DNA of 64,000 nucleotides from contig CAVYKI010000010.1 in the NCBI GenBank assembly GCA_963769025.1, positions 288,001-352,000 on the forward strand, written 5' to 3'. Shown here piece after piece: positions 51,364 through 61,403 of this stretch (its first letter is position 1; every line of letters begins with the position of its first letter). The stretch comes from an uncultured Verrucomicrobiae bacterium. GTDB taxonomy: Bacteria; Verrucomicrobiota; Verrucomicrobiia; Chthoniobacterales; Chthoniobacteraceae. The translations under genes and the position numbers were made by a program. The notes beneath the pieces were generated by a model, which did no database searches, had not been told where the DNA came from, and saw only the letters and a program-made list of their open reading frames with translations.

Positions 51364-52426
51364 TCAGTCGAACTTCACGGCCAGCACCCAGCCGGGGCCT
51401 TTGCCGCAGTCGTACGTTTTCAGCGGGGTGAGCGCGCCGGTCTGCGTGTCGCGGCGATAGACGATGAGACGGCCCGAGCCTTCGCCCGCGGAGACGACGA
51501 ACTTTTCACCGCCGGGGACGAGGGCGAAGGAACGCGGCGTCTTTTCCGTCGGCACCTGGCCGTGCGCGGTGATGGCGCCGGTCTTGGCGTCGATTTCAAA
51601 GACCGCGAGGCTGTCGTGCCCGCGGTTCGAGGCATAGACGAAGCGGCCGTCGGCGCTCACGTGGATGTCCGCGCAGGAGCCCTTCGTCTTCCAGTCGTCC
51701 GGCACGGTGGAGACCGTCTGCCGTGCCTTGAGCGTGCCTTTCTCCGCGTCGTAGTCGCAGACGGTGACGCTCTTTCCCTGCTCGTTGACGAAGTAGGCCC
51801 AGCGGCCATTCGGATGGAAGGCGAAGTGCCGCGGCCCCTCGCCTTCGCCGCCGGCGAGATGCGGCGGCGTGTTGGAAGTGAGCGCGCCGGTGACGGCGAT
51901 CGAAGCGGAGCTGCTCGACCTTGTTCAGGTCGCCGACGTGCGGCACGAAGGCGAAGCGGTTCGCCGCGTCGGTCTGGATGCTGTGGGCCTTCGGGCCGGT
52001 GGTGACGGTGGAGACCGGCGCGCCGTCGATGACGCCGTCCTTGATCCGGCTGACCGCCGCGACGCCCTCGCCGTAGGAGGCGGAGAGCAGCCATTTCCCG
52101 GTCTTGTCCACGTGGACGTAGGCCGCATTGATGCCCGCGGGCGCCGTGACCACGTTGGAAAGCAGGCCGGTCTTCGGATCCACGGAGAGCGTGGCGAACT
52201 CCTTTGCGGAACGCACCGCGGCGTAGAGGTGCTTCCGGTCCGGGCTGATGGCGAGGCTCCCCGGCGCGCCCGGGAGATCGATGGCGCCGGTGCGGGTGAG
52301 GTCGCCGGATTGTTCGTCGAGCGTGTAGATGGAGATGCGCTTGTCGCCGCCTTCGGAGACATAGACGACGGTCGGGCCGGCGAAGGCGGCGGCGGTGGAG
52401 AGGACGAGTGCGAGGAGGGTTTTCAT
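51364..52426 (-). CDS. Lactonase family beta-propeller (6-phosphogluconolactonase-like), frameshift near 51895
   Basis: SASYGEG, AHSIQTD, GPRHFAFHP, ADIHVS.DGRFVYASNRGHDS, TPRSF. Confidence 0.88.
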
Positions 52427-52660
52427 GGGGTTTGTTTTTTGGGGATTACTTTCGGAGGTCATTCGCGCGGACGGCGAACACGGGAGGAAGCAGGGGCGTG
52501 GGGAGAACGCGGATCATGACCGGGTGGGAATCGGTCAATTCTCCCTGCCTGTCGAGCGGAACAGGCGCGGCACGCCATTCCGTTGCGCGGCCTTCGTGCC
52601 GCCCGCGGTTTCCATTGTGTCTCCCCGCGCGGCTCTTCAGGCTGTGCGTCCATCACTCCC

Positions 52661-53431
52661 ATGCGCCACATTTCCCTCCTCCTCATCGCGCTGCTGCTCG
52701 GCGCGTCCACGCTGTCCGCGCGGGCGGCGCATCTCGTCTTCATGATCGGCGAGGACGAATATCGCACGTGGGAGACGCTGCCGGAATTTGCGAAGAAGGA
52801 CCTCGAGCCGCTGGGGCATCGCATCACGATCATCCACGCGGACGCGGCGGACAAAAATCACTTCCCGGGAATCGTGGAGGCGCTGCGGGATGCGGACCTG
52901 CTCTTCGTGAGCGTGCGCCGGCGGACGCCGCATGCGGCGGAACTGGACGCGGTGAGGGCTTTCGTCGCCGCGGGCAAGCCGCTGATCGGCATCCGCACGG
53001 CGAGCCACGCATTTTCCCTGCCGCTGAAGGCGACGCTGACGGACCCGAAGCTGGCGGTCTGGCCGGAGTTCGATGCGGCGGTGATCGGCGGGCATTACAC
53101 GGGGCATCACGGCAAGGACAAGGTGGCGGTGACCTTCGCGCCGGGCGCGGAAAAGCATCCGATCCTCGCGGGCATCGCGCCGGATGCGCTGCTGGGGAAT
53201 GGCGGGCTTTACAAAAACACGCCGCTGGAAAAGGACACGGTGCCGCTGCTCATCGGGACCATCGCGGGGCAGCCGCCGGAGCCGGTGGCGTGGACGCATC
53301 TCCAGGGGGCGAAGCAGGGGCGCGTCTTTTACACGTCGCTCGGGCATGCGGATGATTTCCAGAACCCGGCGTTCCGAAGGCTGCTGCTGAACGGCATCGC
53401 GTGGGCGCTCGGCGGCCCGGCGACGCGGTAG
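52661..53431 (+). CDS. ThuA-like domain protein
   Basis: Signal peptide; GEDEY.T, SVRRR, GIRTASHAF, PVAWT, RVFYTSLGH. Confidence 0.85.
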   Translation: MRHISLLLIALLLGASTLSARAAHLVFMIGEDEYRTWETLPEFAKKDLEPLGHRITIIHADAADKNHFPGIVEALRDADLLFVSVRRRTPHAAELDAVRAFVAAGKPLIGIRTASHAFSLPLKATLTDPKLAVWPEFDAAVIGGHYTGHHGKDKVAVTFAPGAEKHPILAGIAPDALLGNGGLYKNTPLEKDTVPLLIGTIAGQPPEPVAWTHLQGAKQGRVFYTSLGHADDFQNPAFRRLLLNGIAWALGGPATR

Positions 53432-53443
53432 GAGCGGCGACGG

Positions 53444-53989
53444 TCAATCCGCGGGGAATTCGCGGCGCATCTCCACGGTGTAGCTGGAGCCTTCCGGCGC
53501 GAGGACGGACGAGAACAGCACGAAGCCGGTCACTTTCCACAGGCCGAACTCCGTCTCCGCATGGCGGCGCAGGAAGGGCTTCAGCACGGACCGCGAGAGG
53601 CCGCGCATCCGGGCGAGCGTGATGTGCGGGTGGAAGGGCTTCAGGTCCGGCTCGAGTGCCGCGCTGAGGACCGCATCCTGGATGCGCCGGTGCAGGGCGA
53701 AGAGATGCGGGTGACCGTTTCCCACGCCGCCCCAGAGCGTGTGCGGACGTTCGCCGCCGAAAACCCCGACGCCGGTGACGGGCAGGAAGAACGCGGGCAC
53801 TTCCACGGGCGCGAGCATCGCGCGCAGCCGTTCCTCGCCCGGCGCATCCACGTCGCCGAGGAAGCTCATGGTGAGATGGAGGCTGTCCTCCGCGACCCAG
53901 TGCACGCCCCGGATGTGCGGGTCGAGCCGCGCGAGTTCGCCGCGGATGGCCGCGGGCAGTTCCAGGCCGATGAAGAGACGCTTGGACAT
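53444..53989 (-). CDS. thpR: RNA 2',3'-cyclic phosphodiesterase (2H family)
   Basis: RLFIG, HLTM.FLG, FHPHITLAR. Confidence 0.88.
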   Translation of the reverse strand: MSKRLFIGLELPAAIRGELARLDPHIRGVHWVAEDSLHLTMSFLGDVDAPGEERLRAMLAPVEVPAFFLPVTGVGVFGGERPHTLWGGVGNGHPHLFALHRRIQDAVLSAALEPDLKPFHPHITLARMRGLSRSVLKPFLRRHAETEFGLWKVTGFVLFSSVLAPEGSSYTVEMRREFPAD

Positions 53990-54163
53990 GGGGAGAGCGG
54001 GACTTTCCCCGCACGCCCGCGAACATGCCCGGTCAGGGGCGGGGAGTAAAGTCGCGGCGGTCCTCGCGCCCGATGCGGACGTCATGTTTGCGGCAATGGA
54101 GGGCCCGAGATGGGCAATTTCGGAGGAGCGGAATCCCGAGCGCGGAGTGACACTGGCATTGCC

Positions 54164-54592
54164 ATGAAAACGAAAAACTACCTCCTACGCTCCGCGGCAA
54201 CCCTGCTCGCCGCGGTGTCACTGTCGATCGTGAGCCCCACTTTCGCGCAACCTCCGGGCGGCCCCGGCGGCCCCGGCGGCCCTGGCGGCCCTCCGCCACC
54301 GCCGGACGGACCTCCTCCGGGCCCGCGTCCGCCGCGCCCTCCGCGCCCGCCGCGTCCTCCGGTTCCGCCGTTTCCGTTCACGGCAGCGAATGCCCGCAAT
54401 GCGGATGTCCAGGCGCTGACCAAACGTGTGCAGGAAAAGCTCCGCAAGCTCGGCTACCATGCCGGGGCCGTGGATGGCTGGCTCGGCCCCGTGACGATCG
54501 CTGCGATCCGCACGTATCAGGAAAGGCAGCAGCTCACCCCCACCGGCAGCATCGACCAGCCCCTGCTGGATTCACTGAAGCTGAAACTGTAG
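54164..54592 (+). CDS. Secreted Pro/Gly-rich peptidoglycan-binding domain protein
   Basis: Signal peptide, GGP and PPR repeats, VQEKL.KLGY..G.VDG..GP.T..AIR.YQ....L.PTG. Confidence 0.85.
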   Translation: MKTKNYLLRSAATLLAAVSLSIVSPTFAQPPGGPGGPGGPGGPPPPPDGPPPGPRPPRPPRPPRPPVPPFPFTAANARNADVQALTKRVQEKLRKLGYHAGAVDGWLGPVTIAAIRTYQERQQLTPTGSIDQPLLDSLKLKL

Positions 54593-54700
54593 CCGCGAAG
54601 CCGCACCGCGGCCGGCTGTGATTCGCACGGCTGCGCGGGCGTCACGGCCCGCGTGTGCCGCGCGGCTTCACGCGGACCCTTGGCCGTGGCGTCGCGACGG

Positions 54701-55159
54701 CTACTTCGCGAACGCGCGCCACGCCTTTGGGATCATCACCCACGTGTCGCCGAGCTTCACAAGGCCGTCGTAGGACATGCCGAGCGTCTTGCCGGGCTCG
54801 ACGTACTTGAAGCCGTAAATCTCCACGCCTTTCTTGAAGTGGGCCGCCTGCATCGAGTAGCCGCCGGGCAGCGACTTGCCGGACGTCACGAGGACTTCCG
54901 TCTGTTCCGGCTTCCCATTGATCCCTCCAGCCGGGAGTCCGGCGTAGAGTGAATCCACGTAGGCGACGAGCGCCTTCGCGTCCTCGTCGGTCGCCGCGAT
55001 TTGGGCGATTTGCGCGGCCGTCGGCTTGAGTTTTTCTAGGGCCGCGCGATTGCCGCGCACGCTCGCGGCGATGGTCTTCACTTCGTCTTCAGCACCGGCG
55101 AAGGTCGTGGACGTGAGGGCCGCGAATGCGGCGAAGAGGGTGAGAATGAGCGTTTTCAT
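54701..55159 (-). CDS. Secreted hypothetical protein
   Basis: Signal peptide, host-like codon usage; LPGGY, GMSYDGL, W.MIPK.WR. Confidence 0.65.
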   Translation of the reverse strand: MKTLILTLFAAFAALTSTTFAGAEDEVKTIAASVRGNRAALEKLKPTAAQIAQIAATDEDAKALVAYVDSLYAGLPAGGINGKPEQTEVLVTSGKSLPGGYSMQAAHFKKGVEIYGFKYVEPGKTLGMSYDGLVKLGDTWVMIPKAWRAFAK

Positions 55160-55573
55160 GGCTGTTGATGGGTTGGTTCGGCTTTCGTTCGCGGAAGCGT
55201 ACTATTCAGGCACGAGGCTGCGAGCAAATTTTCCAGATGCGGGACGCGCGAGTGGCCGGTCTGCCGGGGTAGATGGATGCGTGCCCGTCCGGCTGCACGA
55301 GAACGGGCGCTACAGGGAAATGCCCTGAAAATTGGCCGCTCAAGCGCTGGGCTTTGTCGCGAAAGCGTCCTGAAGCCAGTTGTTGCGAACACCAGAATGA
55401 GATGAGTTCCTCATCCCGGCCCACGTCGCCGTTATACGACTGAGCTCAGTCATATCCGTTCATTGGCGCCCAGTCGGATGTACGTCCAAACGCCCCCGGC
55501 TTGCTCATAAAGAGCGACATCGGTCATAAAATCATCATTGCCATTCATCGCTCCCGCCCGCCGGTCACGGTCC

Positions 55574-56891
55574 TCAGATGCACCCGCCCTTCACCCACTC
55601 CAGCGCCTCGTCGCGCGTGCGCAGCGTGCCTTCGAGCTGGCGGGTGGAGACGGCGTCGAGGATTTCCTTGAACCGCGGCCCTGGTCGCAGGCCGAGCGCT
55701 TTCAAGTCCTCGCCGGTGATGAGCGGCGGCGGGATGAGCGGCTCGGCGGCGAATTCCTCGCGCTTCGCGCGGACGAATTCGTAGTTGTCCACCATGCCGT
55801 GGCTGCTCACGCAGTCCACGCGGTGGAGTTCGAGTTCGTCGTCGAAGCCGGGTCGCGCCAGGAAGCGCTTGAGCTTTGCGACGCGCATCTCCTGCACGTC
55901 CTTGAAGACCATGTGATTCGCGACGGCGCTCACGGTGGCGTCGATCTCCGCGCGGCTGAAGCGCAGGCGCGTCATGATTTGTTCCGTCATCTCGGCGCCG
56001 AGCTTGTCGTGGCCGTTGAAACGGATGCGCCCCGTTTCATCCACGGCGAAAGTGCCCGGGCTTGCCGATGTCGTGGAAGAGCACCGCGAAGACGAGCGGC
56101 ACGCTGACCTGCTCCGGCAGCAGCGCGAGCATGGCGCGCGTGTGGACGAAGACGTCGCCCTCGGGATGAAATTGCGGCGGTTGCTCGCAGCCTTGGAGCG
56201 CGATGATCTCCGGCAGCACCTCGCGCATGAGCCCGCTCTCGACGAGCAGATCGAAGCCGTGCACGCGGCTGCGGTGGAGGAAGATTTTCACCAGCTCCTC
56301 GCGGATGCGCTCGGCGCTCACGTCGTGGATGTCGGCGGCGTGCTCCTTCACGGCGGCCCATGTCGCGGGTTCGATTTCAAAGCCGAGCACTGCGGTGAAC
56401 CGCACCGCGCGCAGCAGCCGCAGCCGGTCTTCGCGAAACCGCGCGACCGGGTCGCCAATCGCGCGCACGATGCGTGCCTCCAGATCGCGCCGGCCATTCA
56501 CGTAGTCGATGACCTCCCCCTTGATCGGGTCGAAGAACATGCCGTTGATCGTGAAGTCGCGCCGCTCGGCGTCCAGCTGCGGCGTGCTGAAGGTGACGCC
56601 CTCTGGCCGGCGGCCGTCCACATACGCGAGGTCGCTGCGGAATGTGGCGACCTGGAAATCGTGCCCGCCCTCATGCACCACGACGACGCCGAAGTGCGCG
56701 CCCACCGCGTACGTGTGCGGGAAAAGCGGCCGCACCTGCTCGGGCCGCGCATCCGTCGCGATGTCGTAGTCGTGCGGCGCGTGGCCGAGCAGCATGTCGC
56801 GCACGGAGCCGCCGGCGTAGAGCGCGGCAAAGCCGGCGTCCTTCAGTCGGCGGACGATGGAGAGGGCGATGCTTTCGAGCGTTTCAGGCAC
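55574..56891 (-). CDS. cca: CCA tRNA nucleotidyltransferase (HD-type), frameshift near 56040
   Basis: GGSVRD, DYDIAT, RRDFTIN, EDRLRLLRA.RF, ERIREE, HPEGDV..H, HDIGKP; second frame F.GH...G, PLITG.DL..LG..PGP.F. Confidence 0.9.
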
Positions 56892-56983
56892 GCCGAGATC
56901 AGAATTCAGCGCGAGCCCGGAGTCGATTCTTCATTCCGTTTTTGACCGGACATAAACGCCCCACCCGACGCCCGTACAGAATC

Positions 56984-57030
56984 CGGCCCACGTTCCCGCG
57001 GTCGTGCATCCGTGCTGGGAACGTGGGCCG
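56984..57030. terminator. 14-bp stem hairpin, probable terminator of the 57049-57546 gene
   Basis: CGGCCCACGTTCCC ... GGGAACGTGGGCCG; U-tract weak. Confidence 0.5.
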
Positions 57031-57048
57031 AAAGTCTGACAGCGGAGG

Positions 57049-57546
57049 CTAGTCTTTCAGCTCCTCCTCGAGCTTGTCGTAGTATTCGTGCTGCGCCCGG
57101 GCCTCGGCGCGCTCACGCGGGTCCTTGAGTGACTCGGCAAGTTTCTCATAATACTCCCGCAGGGCCTTGGCCTCCGCTTTGCTGATCTTCGCAGGAGTCT
57201 GCTGCTGCACGACGATCCGCGAGGCCAGCATGTTGTCGCCTTCGCGGACATAATGCACCGTCACGGGCACGCCGCGGGTGACGCGGTCCACTGCGATCGG
57301 ATTGCCGGCCGCGTCCACAAAAACGGTCTCCTTTGTGACCGTATAGCGGGCGGGTCCGGGGCCGCCGCGGCTCGTCACCACGAGCCGGCCGGCCGAGGGC
57401 ATGAACTCGGCGATGGTGGCACCTTCCGTGGTCGTGGTGGTGGTTGTTGTTTTCGTCACCGAGACTTGGGCGGTGGCAGAGGAGATCATCGCAGCGAATG
57501 CGACTGCGGAGAGGATGACGGCGAGTGGTTTCCAGGATGTTTTCAT
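57049..57546 (-). CDS. Secreted protein, single-domain paralog of 43303-43977
   Basis: Signal peptide, Thr run, TVFVDAAGNPIAVDRVTRGVPVTVHYVREGDNMLASRIVV. Confidence 0.7.
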   Translation of the reverse strand: MKTSWKPLAVILSAVAFAAMISSATAQVSVTKTTTTTTTTEGATIAEFMPSAGRLVVTSRGGPGPARYTVTKETVFVDAAGNPIAVDRVTRGVPVTVHYVREGDNMLASRIVVQQQTPAKISKAEAKALREYYEKLAESLKDPRERAEARAQHEYYDKLEEELKD

Positions 57547-57810
57547 AGATGTTTGATGGGTTGAAGTGACTGCCTCTTGGGAATCGTCCGAACCATCCGG
57601 GCTGGTCGCCTCAATTCGCCGATCCCATTCCCCATCGCGCGCGAGGCCCCCGTTACGCCGAGCACGGGACACTCAGCTGACCAAAACGAAAGCGGCGAGC
57701 GGCACGCAAGCCGATCGCCGCCAAGGAACGAAGCGCCCCCCGGCCGGACGCCGCTATTTCATGCGCGTCAATGGGTTGATGACGACGGCATGCTGACACT
57801 TGCAGTGAAC

Positions 57811-58344
57811 CTACGGAAAGAGCAGGGCGCCTGAAGCGTCGCGGGTGACCATGCCGCCATTGGCGTCGCCGAGCAGCTTCGCCTTCTTAAAGGCATCGAT
57901 CGCCTTCGCGGAGTCGCCTCGCTTCAGGTAGAGATACGCCAGCTTTCCCCATGCATCGGTGAACCCCGGATCCAAGCCTGTCGCGTGCTCGAACGCGGCA
58001 ACCGCCTCCGCTGTCTGGCCGGCCTGCAAGGCGAAATTGCCGTGTGAATCGAAGTCCGCCGCCCCATGCGGAATGCCTCCGGCGCCGGACCGGCCCTTTG
58101 CGGAATGCGAAAGTGATGTCCGGCGTTTCACTGAGCGGGCAGGCAGACCGGAAGGCTTCGCGACCGGCACGGACATCGCCCGGGGTGCGGCCGAGGGAGC
58201 ACTGACGGCGAGCGCCGGAAGCGCGCGTTCCGGCAACGGCAGATCGACGCTCTGCAGCGGAGCGCCGCAGGCGCATCGGGCGATGGCAAACGCGGCGCCG
58301 GTGACCACAACGCGGAACCGACGAAGGAATGGGACTGGGCTCAT
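57811..58344 (-). CDS. TPR-containing protein
   Basis: GNFALQAGQTAEAVAAFEHATGLDP.FTDAWGKLAYLY..GD..KAIDAFKKA; start uncertain. Confidence 0.65.
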   Translation of the reverse strand: MSPVPFLRRFRVVVTGAAFAIARCACGAPLQSVDLPLPERALPALAVSAPSAAPRAMSVPVAKPSGLPARSVKRRTSLSHSAKGRSGAGGIPHGAADFDSHGNFALQAGQTAEAVAAFEHATGLDPGFTDAWGKLAYLYLKRGDSAKAIDAFKKAKLLGDANGGMVTRDASGALLFP

Positions 58345-58535
58345 GCCATCCTGCTTAGCATCAGGCCTGCCAACTGCGGCGCTTCCGACGCATGCGCCCG
58401 GTCCCGGCGTCGAGCCGTACGACGCGATTCCAGGTCGAAATACCGGATTCATGCGCCCCTTCCATGGTGTGAGTGAAGGTATCCGCTCGCCGGCTCTGAA
58501 AGCCCGCGAACCCTGATTCCATCAGGGGTTTGAAG

Positions 58536-58611
<76 letters not shown>

Positions 58612-58872
58612 ATTTGAAGGTGAGAACCTGCGAAATACTTTTTTCCTTCGTCGCTTCCCGACGTTGCGACCGTGTCACAACGCGGAGAAAACGCGATTTC
58701 AGAATCTTGTCTCTGCAAGCGGGCGGGCACTATGGACGCGAATTTCTGCACGGCAAGGAATTTTCAAAGTCCCGCCAGCGACGCAAGTTTCGCTCCCACG
58801 AAACCTCGCCGCACCGCAAAATGCCAATGCCCGCTGGCGGTCGCGCCCGGCACATGCGAACTCTTGGACCGA

Positions 58873-59919
58873 ATGTTTCTCCACGCCCTCGCCACCGCGG
58901 TGCCTCCCGCCACTTTCACACAGCCGGATTGCTGGGAAATCATCCGGAATTCGCCCGTGAGGGCGCAGCTCAGCCGTCGCACGCAGCTCATCATGCGCAC
59001 GGTCCTCAATGGCGACAGCGGTGTGCACACGCGGCATTTTGCGGTCCCCGACATCGGCGGCGTGTTCGCCCTCACATCCGACCAGCTCAATGCAGCCTTC
59101 CGCACCGAGGCGCCGCTCCTCGCGGGCCGCGCGCTCACCGCGGCGCTCGCGAAGGCTGGCGTGGACGCGGATGAAATCGATGCGCTTCTCGTGTGCACGT
59201 GCACCGGCTACCTGTGCCCGGGCGTGAGCAGCTACGTGGCCGAGCAACTCGGGCTGCGGACCGATGCGTATCTGCAGGATCTCGTGGGCCTCGGCTGTGG
59301 CGCCGCGATCCCGACGCTCCGCGCCGCGCAGGGTGTGCTCGCGGCGAAACCGGACGCGGTGGTCGCCTGCATCGCGGTCGAAGTCTGCTCCGCGGCCTTT
59401 TATCTCGACGAGGATCCGGGCGTCATCATCAGCGCGTGTCTTTTCAGCGACGGCGCGGCGGCGACCATCTGGCGGAGCACGCCGGGGGAAAATGGATGGC
59501 GCTGCCACGGATTCGACACGCTGCACCTGCCCGCCGATCGCGATTTTCTCCGCTTCGAGCAGCGCGATGGAAAATTGCGCAACCTCCTCCACGCTTCCGT
59601 CCCGACGCTGGCGGCAGGCGCAGTGTCGCGCCTGTTAGGCACCGCGCAGGCACACACGGGAGCGCGCCCGATCCGCCGCATCGTCGCGCATCCCGGCGGA
59701 CGGGACGTGCTGAATGCCCTGGAGGCCGCGCTGCCGGATTACCCGCTCGACGCGAGCCGGCGGGTCCTCCGCGATTGCGGGAACATGAGCAGCCCGTCGG
59801 TGCTCTTCGCGCTCGAGGAGGCGATGCGGGAGGACCGGCCCGACGCGAATGCGGACTGGTGGCTGGTGTCCTTCGGCGCGGGCTTCAGCGCGCACTCGTG
59901 CAGGTTCGGCGTGGAGTAG
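58873..59919 (+). CDS. Type III polyketide synthase (chalcone/stilbene synthase-like)
   Basis: TCTGY.CPG; catalytic Cys in GLGCGAA, His in HPGG, Asn in GNMSS; LFSDGAAA; FGAGF. Confidence 0.92.
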   Translation: MFLHALATAVPPATFTQPDCWEIIRNSPVRAQLSRRTQLIMRTVLNGDSGVHTRHFAVPDIGGVFALTSDQLNAAFRTEAPLLAGRALTAALAKAGVDADEIDALLVCTCTGYLCPGVSSYVAEQLGLRTDAYLQDLVGLGCGAAIPTLRAAQGVLAAKPDAVVACIAVEVCSAAFYLDEDPGVIISACLFSDGAAATIWRSTPGENGWRCHGFDTLHLPADRDFLRFEQRDGKLRNLLHASVPTLAAGAVSRLLGTAQAHTGARPIRRIVAHPGGRDVLNALEAALPDYPLDASRRVLRDCGNMSSPSVLFALEEAMREDRPDANADWWLVSFGAGFSAHSCRFGVE

Positions 59920-60028
59920 GCGGCGGACGCGGATCGGAAAAACGCCAACCCGCGCAAAGCGCATCCCGTTTTCGATTGCTGGGAGAGCGACCACACTCAC
60001 AATCAGCCCAGCCAACGCACGGACGCCC

Positions 60029-60556
60029 ATGCCGATCTACGAATTCTTCTGCCCGAACAACCGCCGCATCTATTCCTTCTTCGCGCGCAGCCTGCGCCTT
60101 GCGGACAAGGTGCCGCGCTGCCCGGACAACCCGAAGTGGAAAATGGAGAAGGTCATCAGTGGCTTTGCCATCACCGGCAAGGCGCAGGAGAAACCTGCCG
60201 GCGCACCCGGCGGCGACATTGATGACGCAAAAATGGAGGCGGCGATGGGCGAGATGGAGCGGGAATTCGGCCACGTCGCGGAGAGCGACAACCCCGACCC
60301 GCGCGCGCTGGCGAAGATGATGCGGCGCATGGGCGAGATTTCCGGGCAGAAAATGCCGGCCCAGATGAACGAGGTGATCGCCCGGCTGGAAAAGGGCGAG
60401 GATCCCGACAAGCTCGAGGCGGAGTACGGCGATGTCTTTGACGCCATGGACGACACTGAGGCCGGCGACAGTGACACGACGCGGACGAAGGCGCGGCGCG
60501 CAAAACGCATCACGCGCGATCCGAAGCTCCACGAGATGTCCGAATTCTGCGAGTGA
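60029..60556 (+). CDS. FmdB-family zinc-ribbon protein
   Basis: MPIYEFFCP...PRCPD...MEKVISGF; helical C-terminal domain with RLEKGEDP. Confidence 0.8.
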   Translation: MPIYEFFCPNNRRIYSFFARSLRLADKVPRCPDNPKWKMEKVISGFAITGKAQEKPAGAPGGDIDDAKMEAAMGEMEREFGHVAESDNPDPRALAKMMRRMGEISGQKMPAQMNEVIARLEKGEDPDKLEAEYGDVFDAMDDTEAGDSDTTRTKARRAKRITRDPKLHEMSEFCE

Positions 60557-60593
60557 CGCGGCGTCAAACCGCGCCCACCTTTCCGCACAAACA

Positions 60594-60965
60594 ATGAAAG
60601 CCTCACCCACCAACGTCCTCGGAACTCCGCTCGAATGCTGCTGCCGCGCGCCGATGACCGGCTTTTTCCGCGACGGCTACTGCCGCACCGGCGCGGGCGA
60701 CCATGGGATGCACACGGTCTGCGTCGTCGCGACGGAGGAATTTCTCGCGTTCAGCGCCGAGCAGGGCAACGACCTCAGCACGCCCGTGGAGGCGTTTGAC
60801 TTTCCCGGCGTCAAGGACGGGGAGCGGTGGTGCCTGTGCGTCACTCGCTGGAAGGACGCGCTCGAAGCGGGCTGCGCGCCGCAGGTGATCCTGGAGGCCA
60901 CGCACATTTCCGCGCTCGAATGGGTGTCGCTCGAGGAATTGCAGGCGCACGCGGCCTCGAGGTAG
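60594..60965 (+). CDS. DUF2237 family protein
   Basis: NVLG.PL..C, TGFFRDGYC, GNDLSTP, WCLC..RW, L.ATH. Confidence 0.92.
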   Translation: MKASPTNVLGTPLECCCRAPMTGFFRDGYCRTGAGDHGMHTVCVVATEEFLAFSAEQGNDLSTPVEAFDFPGVKDGERWCLCVTRWKDALEAGCAPQVILEATHISALEWVSLEELQAHAASR

Positions 60966-61041
60966 GTGCGCGCGGGCGCGCTTCACGCGGCACAAGGAAT
61001 TGCGGTTGAGCAACGCGGGAAGCCGCATTAAGAAATGCGGA

Positions 61042-61347
61042 ATGCCAAAGAGCAGCGAAACTTCCAGCGAACAGACATTTGAGACGGCCATCGGCCGGCT
61101 CGAAAATCTCGTGGAGGAAATGGAGGCGGAGGACCTCCCGCTCGAGCGCCTCATCGTGAACTACGAGGAGGGCATCAAGCTCGTGAAGACCTGCCAGCAG
61201 AAGCTCGCCGAGGCGGAGAAGAAGATCGAAATCATCCAGCGGCAGGCGGGCGCGGACCCGGAACTGAAGCCGTTCGATCCCGAGTCAAAGGCCGACTCCC
61301 CCACCCCTCAACGCAGGACCGGCCCTCGCGACGCGAACCTCTTTTGA
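61042..61347 (+). CDS. xseB: Exodeoxyribonuclease VII small subunit
   Basis: TFE.A..RLE.LVEEME..DLPLE...YEEG..L...CQ..L.EAE.KI. Confidence 0.92.
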   Translation: MPKSSETSSEQTFETAIGRLENLVEEMEAEDLPLERLIVNYEEGIKLVKTCQQKLAEAEKKIEIIQRQAGADPELKPFDPESKADSPTPQRRTGPRDANLF

Positions 61348-61403
61348 TCCTCACTTTTCATCGCTCTCCCCGGGCAGACCTGCGAAATTTTCCAACCATC
61401 CCG

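Noticed and set aside
54244..54372. GGP and PPR nucleotide repeats
   Set aside because: Explained as a low-complexity linker in the peptidoglycan-binding protein
3207..56891. Frameshifts in many genes (DUF1501, yhbY, speY, ABC exporter, murE, murC/B, ddl, ftsA, ftsZ, VOC, sulfatase, lactonase, cca) as programmed frameshifting or cell-wall gene decay
   Set aside because: They are scattered single-base indels in essential and non-essential genes alike, with intact motifs on both sides and no shared slippery site; long-read consensus error is the simplest explanation and read polishing would decide
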